Below are positions 6,728 through 13,979 of a stretch of DNA of 24,000 nt, piece after piece. How positions within the stretch are numbered: the first letter of the stretch is position 1; each line of letters begins with the position of its first letter. The stretch is from NCBI GenBank assembly GCA_048270185.1, contig JBLWTJ010000002.1, positions 65,517-89,516 of the forward strand. Reading direction: 5' to 3'. A program made the position numbers and the translations under genes. The stretch comes from Bacteriovoracaceae bacterium (GTDB lineage: Bacteria; Bdellovibrionota; Bacteriovoracia; Bacteriovoracales; Bacteriovoracaceae). The notes under the pieces were generated by a model. It was not told the origin of the DNA, searched no databases, and saw only the letters and a list, made by a program, of their open reading frames with translations.

Positions 6728-7735
6728 ATGAGTTCGACAGTGGAAAAATTCTTTAATGTCATTGAGGCCATCCTTTGTCATAGCAAGGGGCAAATCAGTG
6801 AAGAAGAGCTTAAGAGTGTTCTAGGTGATCCACCAAGATCGACTTGGTTTAAGCATAAGAAAGAACTCATTAATGAGAATTATGGGCTTCTTGATGAAGT
6901 TAAGTCACCAGAAGGTCTGTCCTATTTCTCCCTTAAACCATTTAATAACCAATTTAATTATTTAGAGAAGAGAGAGCTCTATATCATGGAAGCCTATAAG
7001 CACTTAGGCTTCCTTCTTGATGCAAATTTTGATTCCATTAAGTTTCAAAGCTCTCAAGATGTCTCGACAAAAGATTTAAATGAGTTGTCACGTAAGTTCT
7101 TCTATCTTTCAAAGAATCACGCAAAGGATACTTCAAAAGAACAAAAAGAAATTTATGAAAATCTAACGACGTCACTTCTTCAGAATAAAGAAGTCTTCAT
7201 TCACTATCCTTCTGCAAATGATATCGATGGGACAAGACTTCGAAGGGTTCGCCCTCTCACGATTTGCTATCACCTTGATGACCTCTATCTGCTCGCTAAT
7301 GAAGAGAAAATCGTCGATGGAAAAGCGAGTTGGGTTGATCGAAATTTTAAGATGAGTCGAATCAAGTCTCTGACTCTTTCTAATAATAGTTTTAATTATC
7401 CAAGTGCTACTAAGTGGAATCCAAAGAAGGAGTATGAAAATACTAGTGGACTCTATAAGGGTGAAGTCAGGGTGGCCACAGCAAATATCTATGGGGTCCT
7501 GAGAAAGCTCTTAAAAGAGAAGAATATCATCAACTCATCTCTCATTAGTGAGCATGATGACTTTGATACATATGAATTTAAATACACAGATGAAGTCGAG
7601 TTTCTTGGAAAGTTTTTAACCTGGGCCGATTCATTTGAAATTCTATCCCCCTTAACTCTAAAGGATCACTTCATCCAAAAGCTAGAAGCTGCAATAACTT
7701 TAAATAGCTCTAAGAAGCTAAAGAAAGCTGCTTAA
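6728..7735 (+). CDS. WYL-domain transcriptional regulator (HTH-WYL-WCX architecture, BrxR/CapW-like)
   Basis: N-terminal wHTH-like FFNVIEAILCHSKGQISEEELKSVLG. WYL domain at about aa 155-217 (VFIHYPS....GTRLRRVRPLTICYHLDDLYLLA......RNFKMSRIKSLTL). C-terminal FLGKFLTWADSFEILSPLTLKDHF matches the WCX tail. Confidence 0.75.
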   Translation: MSSTVEKFFNVIEAILCHSKGQISEEELKSVLGDPPRSTWFKHKKELINENYGLLDEVKSPEGLSYFSLKPFNNQFNYLEKRELYIMEAYKHLGFLLDANFDSIKFQSSQDVSTKDLNELSRKFFYLSKNHAKDTSKEQKEIYENLTTSLLQNKEVFIHYPSANDIDGTRLRRVRPLTICYHLDDLYLLANEEKIVDGKASWVDRNFKMSRIKSLTLSNNSFNYPSATKWNPKKEYENTSGLYKGEVRVATANIYGVLRKLLKEKNIINSSLISEHDDFDTYEFKYTDEVEFLGKFLTWADSFEILSPLTLKDHFIQKLEAAITLNSSKKLKKAA

Positions 7736-9197
7736 CGAGCTTCTTTGCGACCTTTTGAGAAAGCTTACTTGGCCTACAATTACTCTTGCCCTTATGCTGA
7801 ACGACTTGAAAATCTCGATGAAAGTATTCTCTTCTAATCTCTATTGTCGAGCGCTCTCCTAATACCTCAAGGGATAAGATACGCGAACTTCCTGACTCAA
7901 CTAAGCGATCATAACCATGCGTTCCCACACAGTGATCCATCTCCTTAGTCTCTTGTTCGAGATCAAACCTTGTTAGAAGCTCTCTTAACTCAACCTTCTC
8001 TAGGCTACTCACTGCAGACAAGTCCAGAGGCGTATTAAGCTTTGCATATCGACCTTTAAACTCTTCTGCTTCAATCAGAGACGCTAAGACATTGTACATC
8101 AAGTAAGGATTTATTCTCTGGGCCGGATACTGTTGGCATACATTCTTTAATGTCACAAAGAAGATATCTCCATATGTCTTTATCTGTTTCTTGAAAATAA
8201 AAAGGTCATTAACCAGTTCGTGAAAACATATTTCCGGGCGAGACAAGTAATTAGAAAATTCAAACCGTCCCATATAAGAGCTTACAAAGTTTAACTTCTC
8301 TTTTGAAATGGCCTGTGGAAGAGTTTCTTGAAAACTATCAATACTATAATTTGATTTTTCAACGAGAAATGAAAAGACATCTGGATAGGTCAAGAGATCG
8401 GCCATTCTTCTTACGAGTCCCTTAGGCTTTGAGTGATATAACTGCATACAAAAGTGCATAAGCCTTTTATCATCTTGGATGAGAGGATGAATCTGTCCTA
8501 ATGGCATCTCTTCATTAACTTCACTAATGAGCTCGTTATACCCCGAAATACGCTCTTCACTTCGAACAATCATTCCCATAAAGCACGAACCATAGGCTCC
8601 TTCAAAAGAGGCCATATAAGCTAAGGAGTTAATCTCATGCATGACATTCACATAGCACTCTTCTTCGCTCTTGGCCGACTTTAAGACATTAACTAAGGAC
8701 TTATCAATATCCTCTTTTCTTTGAGGTGTCGCATAGACCTGCTTCTTCTTTTCAAAATCTGCAAATTCTGAGGTAGCTAGAAATTGCCTCGAAAAAATAT
8801 CGTAGGCAATTTGATGAGAGTTGATTGTTGCGCTCTTTATAATCTCATCGATTGGATTTCCCTTTGTCGAAAATGGCTTTATAATCAAACCCTTTTGGCT
8901 ATAAGACCTTAGAAAAACTGTTTCTTTACCGGCTCGATGAAGCTCACTTCGATACGTATGCTTATAAATCGTTAGGGTATCAGGAAGTGTTAACTCTCTT
9001 TTTAGAAATCCCTGATAGATCGTAAAAAGGTCTTCTCCTGTAATAAAAAAGCTAGAAGTTGGATTCTTCATTCGTAAGCGTTGAATATCAAACTGGCCAG
9101 AGAAGATTCTAAGTAGCAGCTTCTCAAACGTCAGAGACTTTGATTGCAGCGTATTCTTTATGTAATTTAATTGTAGATGATCTAAAATCAGTCCCAT
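7710..9197 (-). CDS. PcfJ-like domain protein (C-terminal PcfJ domain, N-terminal 390 aa unknown)
   Basis: The C-terminus LEQETKEMDHCVGTHGYDRLVESGSSRILSLEV.GERSTIEI........VVQHKGKSNCRP matches the PcfJ signature (EG..M.HCV..Y......G...I.SLR......T.E.........Q.rG..N). The 3' end overlaps the WYL gene by 26 nt. Confidence 0.6.
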   Translation of the reverse strand: MGLILDHLQLNYIKNTLQSKSLTFEKLLLRIFSGQFDIQRLRMKNPTSSFFITGEDLFTIYQGFLKRELTLPDTLTIYKHTYRSELHRAGKETVFLRSYSQKGLIIKPFSTKGNPIDEIIKSATINSHQIAYDIFSRQFLATSEFADFEKKKQVYATPQRKEDIDKSLVNVLKSAKSEEECYVNVMHEINSLAYMASFEGAYGSCFMGMIVRSEERISGYNELISEVNEEMPLGQIHPLIQDDKRLMHFCMQLYHSKPKGLVRRMADLLTYPDVFSFLVEKSNYSIDSFQETLPQAISKEKLNFVSSYMGRFEFSNYLSRPEICFHELVNDLFIFKKQIKTYGDIFFVTLKNVCQQYPAQRINPYLMYNVLASLIEAEEFKGRYAKLNTPLDLSAVSSLEKVELRELLTRFDLEQETKEMDHCVGTHGYDRLVESGSSRILSLEVLGERSTIEIRREYFHRDFQVVQHKGKSNCRPSKLSQKVAKKLVKQLSLAS

Positions 9198-9253
9198 GAC
9201 TTACTCCCCCTCTAGCGAATAATAGAGGAAGCACGTCTAGGATATTGAGACTT

Positions 9254-9739
9254 TTAAGCTTTACAGAGAATTGGCCAACCAAACTCTGAGCGAACGACAT
9301 TTTCTACGAATACTCTCAAGGCCTTACTATCATCACTAACGTCAATATAGCCTTCAAGCTTATCCTTGAGGCACTTTTCATAAATGACAGCATATTCATA
9401 ATTAACTTTATATCGACCTAACGCCAAGCAGGCCGTCCCCTTGTAGCCATTTTCAGAGAAGTGGGCATTAAGCCTATTCTTAACATTCTTTGCCATGCCA
9501 AAATAATGAAACTTCTTACTCTCAATATTCTTTAAGCCAGAATTAGCTTTAATGGTATTAGGGATATGCACATGCTTACTTGCCTTAAGAGGATTCTGTT
9601 TTATCTTATTAAGTCCTATAACTTTTATTAGATACCATCCAGGCTTACCTTTGATACTTTCGAAACCATCACTCTTCATTTTCTTGATAGCATCTTCAAC
9701 TTCTTCACGAATTATTGATCTTACTGTATCGAGGCTCAT
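9254..9739 (-). CDS. Small putative GIY-YIG-superfamily nuclease-like protein
   Basis: PGWYLIKV and FHYFGMAKNVKNRLNAHF resemble the GIY...YIG....R..H motifs. The spacing between the two motifs (about 43 aa) is much longer than canonical, so the call is tentative. It lies 56 nt upstream of the PcfJ-like gene on the same strand. Confidence 0.35.
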   Translation of the reverse strand: MSLDTVRSIIREEVEDAIKKMKSDGFESIKGKPGWYLIKVIGLNKIKQNPLKASKHVHIPNTIKANSGLKNIESKKFHYFGMAKNVKNRLNAHFSENGYKGTACLALGRYKVNYEYAVIYEKCLKDKLEGYIDVSDDSKALRVFVENVVRSEFGWPILCKA

Positions 9740-9913
9740 GTTATACTCCCTAGCTGTATTCTTAATAGCTTAACTCTTTAACCACACAATTTATTGTCAT
9801 AATTTTAGAGAACGCCACTATTAGTATATACCCAACAAGCTGTTTTTCCGTACAAAATATATTTCATTTAAAATCTTCCATCTTGACTGACATAAAAAGA
9901 GAGAGATTTAGAA

Positions 9914-11194
9914 ATGAAAGAATACACGCCAAAACACTTCTACACGATTTTTGATCCATTTTTAAAAGCCGAGTTATTCACAAAAGAAAATGAAAAGAAC
10001 ACTCAAGGCCATGAGTTTCAAAGGCAGCTCAAGGAGAAATACCAGAATATGAAAGATGGTGATAACTGCCTTCAGTATATGTACTGGGGAAAGATCTCTG
10101 TCTCTCAAAAGGCTTCTAAATTGGGAACTGAGCTAAATGAGCTTGTTGAAAAAAACAGAAAGCATAATTTTACGACTCACCTATTTATTAGTGACTTCAA
10201 TCACCTCTGGGTCGCAAAGGTTGAAGAAGTATGCTTTGGTGACGATGAAGAGTTCTATGCAAATGCTTTGGACTTCTACCGAGAGTTTCAAGGTAAGGGG
10301 CAAATCGAAGCTTGGTTTAAGATCTCAGATATTGATCTCATTGGAAATAATGCTGAAGAAACTCATCAGTATATTTCTAGTCTTGAAACAATTATCAACT
10401 CGAATAAAGTTTATATCACTCCATACGTCAGTAACTTAAGATACCCTGTCATTGTCAAAGACTTCGCCTGTGTGGAACCAGTCCACTTTGATACATCAAG
10501 GCCACTTGTACTGGAGAACTTAATCGAGAATGAATCCTTCTATGAGAAGATAAAAATGATCATTACAAAGTATAGTATTCCTAAAGAAGAGTTCGAAAAG
10601 CTTAAGCCAACAGTCCAAAAAGAAATCATTCGAACGGAAATGGACTTCTTTGATCAGAAGGCCAAGAATTGGAATAGTCTCTACTTCTCATATTTTAAGG
10701 CCCTTGAGTGGCAGCTCAATCATGTGGTTCTAAACTTCCTTAAGTCAGAGTATAAAGATGGAGAAATTCAAGTTCTTAGAAAGAATAATAATTGTGCGAC
10801 TTTCTACTTTCCTGACAATCCAAATAATCAACCAGGAGATGAATGTATTCCACTAAATGAATACCATGGTAACTTCTCAATCAAGGTTATTATGAATTGT
10901 CTGTTTTCAGGAAGTAATAAGGTCGTCTCAAAGAAAGGTAACCGCCAAGTCTTCTCGGCCCTCCCTGGCCTCTATCAATATGTCTCAGAAGACTTAAAGA
11001 GTTTTCTCAATCTAAATAAAATCGTAGATACCAGAAATATCATTGTTCACAATGATTCATTAGAAGTTACTGAAGCCGACTTTAAAAAGATACGAAATGA
11101 GCTTCTAGGGATCGCAAAGACTGGGATTCTCGTGGAGCTTGCAAATTACACAACTAAGGAACAAAACAAAGCAAGACTCAAGGTTGCGGCTTAA
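9914..11194 (+). CDS. Two-domain protein: unknown N-terminal domain plus a C-terminal HEPN-like (DUF4145/Abi-type) putative RNase domain
   Basis: The canonical HEPN motif R-N-I-I-V-H (Rx4H with polar N after R) lies at 11033-11050, in the context VDTRNIIVHNDSLEVTEADFKKI. This resembles DUF4145 (iRn.gaH....it.eea). An upstream helix FKALEWQLNHVVLNFLK is present. The N-terminal 220 aa have no motif I recognise. Confidence 0.5.
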   Translation: MKEYTPKHFYTIFDPFLKAELFTKENEKNTQGHEFQRQLKEKYQNMKDGDNCLQYMYWGKISVSQKASKLGTELNELVEKNRKHNFTTHLFISDFNHLWVAKVEEVCFGDDEEFYANALDFYREFQGKGQIEAWFKISDIDLIGNNAEETHQYISSLETIINSNKVYITPYVSNLRYPVIVKDFACVEPVHFDTSRPLVLENLIENESFYEKIKMIITKYSIPKEEFEKLKPTVQKEIIRTEMDFFDQKAKNWNSLYFSYFKALEWQLNHVVLNFLKSEYKDGEIQVLRKNNNCATFYFPDNPNNQPGDECIPLNEYHGNFSIKVIMNCLFSGSNKVVSKKGNRQVFSALPGLYQYVSEDLKSFLNLNKIVDTRNIIVHNDSLEVTEADFKKIRNELLGIAKTGILVELANYTTKEQNKARLKVAA

Positions 11195-11300
11195 ATATCT
11201 GTAATCACAAAAGAGACAGAGGTTTGTGCTCAAGTAATTTCGCTTATGGCCCGAAAAGTAAAGATAGCTTGAAAAGTAATAAGAAAATAGGAAAGGATAT

Positions 11301-13028
11301 ATGCCATTACATATCTTAAAAACTTCTCCAAAGCTTGGAGAGAAGAAAGTACTTAAGCATATTGAAGAATTATATAAAGATGTTGAGCGCGATGTTTATG
11401 TCATCAGTGATAATCTTCTAAGTATTGATGAAGGTGTTTCTTTTAAGCCAGACTTTATCATTCTTGATCCAACTTACGGAATTTCAATTATTGAAGTAAA
11501 GAGCTACAAAGAAGATAGTATCGACAAGCTCGATAATTTTACCATCACATTCACTAATGGTGATACCGACTTATCCCCTTTCAAAAAGTGTCAGGACTAT
11601 CGCTTTAAATTATCAGACTATTTAAATGCCAATGAACTAGATATTTCCATGAAGAAGATTAAAACACTTCTCGTCTTCACAAATATCAAAGAAGACCTAT
11701 TTAGAGAATATGACTATGTGGAGTCTCACTATAAGAACTTTCAAGAAACTTTAAATCTTGAAACTCTATTTCCACAAACACCTATTCAAAAGAAGAAGAT
11801 AAACGATATCTACATGGCCATGAATCCAGTTATGTACTTTAATATTGAAACACAGGACACCGCCAGTTCATCATTTGATAAATTAGATGAAGACCAGCTC
11901 GACTTTGTAAAAAAGCCAATTGGTGGCCACTACCTAATCTCAGGAATTCCAGGAAGTGGTAAATCCGTCGCTGTTGTCTCTCGTGCAATCTATATCGCCA
12001 ATGAGAAGCCTGATTGGAAAATCCTCGTCCTTTCTGAAAATAAGTTTTTAAAAGAGAAGAATGAGAAGGCCATTAGAGAGCGCACAAAGAATTTTAATAA
12101 GCTTGGAAACGATACTGAGAATAATATCGTCTGCATGACCTTAATGAAGCTTCTCACAGACACTTCACCAGAAGAAGCTGACAAGTTTATGAAGTATCCT
12201 GACAAGGTCGACTTTCTAACCAATGCCATTCTTGATTCTGAAATTGTCGCGAAGTATGACGCCGTCTTAATCGATGAGTACCAAGACTTCTCAGATGATC
12301 ATATACGCATTGCAAAGCTTGTCACTAAGAAGAAATCAACAATTATTAATAATGAAGAAAGGCTCATTGAAAATATCTTTCTATCTGGAGACCGATTACA
12401 AAAGGTTAAAGAAAAAGGCAGTTCAGGAAATTGGATTGATATTGGTATTGAAATTTCAGGGCGCAGTAAGAAGCTAAAAGGAAGCTATCGCTGTGGACGA
12501 GAGATTATCGACATCGCCTTAAGCTTTTTAAAGTCTGCCGGAAAAGTCGTAAAAGACGAAGTTGAATCCTACTACGAAGGAACTGATACTATTGAGTATC
12601 TTGGAGACTTAACAGGAAGCTTCTCGACCTTCACAGGTTGGGATGATCTTGGAGTTGCAAAGATTCACAATTGGGTCAATGCACTAACCTCAAAAGGTGT
12701 TCCTCCATCTGATATCTTAATTATCACACCTAATAATACAACCTTGGTTAATAAACTTAAGAAAGCATTTCACAATGAAGTCTCAGAAGGCCTACTCATT
12801 GGAATGCCAAGTAATATCAAAGGCCTTGAAGCAGGTCACTGCGCTATCTATAACTTTGATAGCATTGGTTACCATTCATCTTCACAGTCAAATAAGTATA
12901 AGCAAATCTACATGTGCTTAACGAGGGCCAGATCAAGTATCTTCATCAACTGCTGGAAGGCCGGCAATGAAGACTTTGAGAAGCTTGAAGAAATTATCGC
13001 ATCAAAGACAGATTTTGAAGCGGCTTAG
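11301..13028 (+). CDS. NERD nuclease-related domain fused to a UvrD/Rep-like SF1 helicase
   Basis: NERD: GEKKVLKHIEEL....VYVISDNLL.....FKPDFIILDPTYGISIIEVKSYK. Walker A GIPGSGKS (11943-11966). Motif II VLIDEYQDFS (DEYQD at 12273-12287). Motif IV-like LKGSYRCGREI. KGLEAGH is present. Motif VI YMCLTRARSSIFI. AGGAAAGGA SD. Confidence 0.85.
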   Translation: MPLHILKTSPKLGEKKVLKHIEELYKDVERDVYVISDNLLSIDEGVSFKPDFIILDPTYGISIIEVKSYKEDSIDKLDNFTITFTNGDTDLSPFKKCQDYRFKLSDYLNANELDISMKKIKTLLVFTNIKEDLFREYDYVESHYKNFQETLNLETLFPQTPIQKKKINDIYMAMNPVMYFNIETQDTASSSFDKLDEDQLDFVKKPIGGHYLISGIPGSGKSVAVVSRAIYIANEKPDWKILVLSENKFLKEKNEKAIRERTKNFNKLGNDTENNIVCMTLMKLLTDTSPEEADKFMKYPDKVDFLTNAILDSEIVAKYDAVLIDEYQDFSDDHIRIAKLVTKKKSTIINNEERLIENIFLSGDRLQKVKEKGSSGNWIDIGIEISGRSKKLKGSYRCGREIIDIALSFLKSAGKVVKDEVESYYEGTDTIEYLGDLTGSFSTFTGWDDLGVAKIHNWVNALTSKGVPPSDILIITPNNTTLVNKLKKAFHNEVSEGLLIGMPSNIKGLEAGHCAIYNFDSIGYHSSSQSNKYKQIYMCLTRARSSIFINCWKAGNEDFEKLEEIIASKTDFEAA

Positions 13029-13044
13029 TAACTAGTTTAGAAGT

Positions 13045-13650
13045 TTAGACAAAGTACTTCTTATAGTGCTCTAGACGGTAGTCATAAGTTGGCTTCTTCC
13101 CTGTATATGAAAGTTTCCAATTCTTATACTCTGCATTTCGCCCAATGCCTCGCGAAGCCTGCCCAGACGGTGAAATCAAAACAACTTCAACAACCTGTCC
13201 GACTACATTCGGCTTAATATTTTCACAAAACCAATCTCTTACCTGCTGTGAAGTAAAATAGATTTTTTCGATTTTATTCTCATTAATAATATTCGCAAGT
13301 CCGTGATTCCAAGTTTGCTCATGAAGATCTGCATCTGATGCACTCCCCTTGTGACGCTGGCATGAGTGAATAACATCAGAGATACCGATATTTCGTGCAC
13401 TCAACTCTTCCTTAATCGCTTCCTTACTTGTAAGCTTTCGTCCGAAGCAATCCCCTAATAATCGCCAAAGAAGATTCTGATTTCCACCATAGTAGAAGTT
13501 AACCTCACCTTCATTGATCTCATCACTTCTTTCAGGATTCGTGAACTTTCCAATGGGAAATGATCCGACAATAAGCTTACGACATCCTTCTGGAATATAG
13601 TCGCCAAATGGATGAACCTCTACTGGCCCTAAATCTAGTTTCTTACTCAT
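13045..13650 (-). CDS. Uracil-DNA glycosylase superfamily protein (hypoxanthine/deoxyinosine-DNA glycosylase-like, family 6-like)
   Basis: KLIVGSFPIGKF.....NFYYGGNQNLLWRLLGDCFG matches the LiLGSFPS....YY.hp.N.FW.ll motif. ISDVIHSCQRHKGSASDADL matches the second motif (D....c.r.gS.D..i). GGAGG SD 5 nt upstream. Confidence 0.7.
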   Translation of the reverse strand: MSKKLDLGPVEVHPFGDYIPEGCRKLIVGSFPIGKFTNPERSDEINEGEVNFYYGGNQNLLWRLLGDCFGRKLTSKEAIKEELSARNIGISDVIHSCQRHKGSASDADLHEQTWNHGLANIINENKIEKIYFTSQQVRDWFCENIKPNVVGQVVEVVLISPSGQASRGIGRNAEYKNWKLSYTGKKPTYDYRLEHYKKYFV

Positions 13651-13674
13651 TCATTCCTCCGAAAACTATCACTA

Positions 13675-13860
13675 TTATAACTTAAATATATCAAATGATA
13701 CTAATCGATAGATTTTATTATAGATAAACCTCTTAGGTGACCTAAGCCATCCCCATCCCCTTGGCATCTTAATTCCAAGGCCATGAACTGCCCTTCTCCT
13801 AATGGATGTCCTAGCTGATATCCTCTTTTTCAATGAAAACTTTCTTGCGCCAAACTTCAT
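13675..13860 (-). CDS. 61-aa highly basic small protein (MKFGARKFSLKKRISARTSIRRR...)
   Basis: The start is reassigned to ATG 13860, preceded by AAGGGAGA at 6-7 nt. The longer track ORF to 13956 has no SD. The sequence KKRISARTS..RR......G.K.PRGWGW...PKR..YNK.Y resembles a recurrent small basic module I recall from prophage and accessory regions. It lies 24 nt upstream of the glycosylase gene. Confidence 0.5.
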   Translation of the reverse strand: MKFGARKFSLKKRISARTSIRRRAVHGLGIKMPRGWGWLRSPKRFIYNKIYRLVSFDIFKL

Positions 13861-13979
13861 GAGTGATCTCCCTTTTTTAGAGTATAGACAATGGAGGTCT
13901 CGGATTGTGAGACAAAAGTCATGCATAATACAATAACTAAACACTAAATAAAACACCCTTATTAACCGATAGGATTGCT

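Noticed and set aside
9552-9773. 73-aa plus-strand ORF antisense to the GIY-YIG-like gene. The same applies to 10137..10439, 11990..12229, 12274..12477, 14508..14747, 14683..14976, 14852..15106, 15093..15281, 16317..16523, 16935..17138, 18040..18231 and 19591..19839.
   Set aside because: All are nested within or antisense to longer ORFs with recognisable domains. None has a convincing SD or any motif.
9786-9797. Palindrome ACAAT-TT-ATTGT, and AAATATATTT at about 9856, in the divergent 9740-9913 promoter region as regulator binding sites
   Set aside because: They are short AT-rich palindromes, which are expected by chance in AT-rich intergenic DNA, and no second copy was seen elsewhere.
13861-13956. 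Longer 93-aa version of the small basic protein ORF
   Set aside because: The upstream 32 codons (MFYLVFSYCIMHDFCLTIRDLHC...) have no SD and would occupy the divergent promoter region. The internal ATG at 13860 has AAGGGAGA at ideal spacing.
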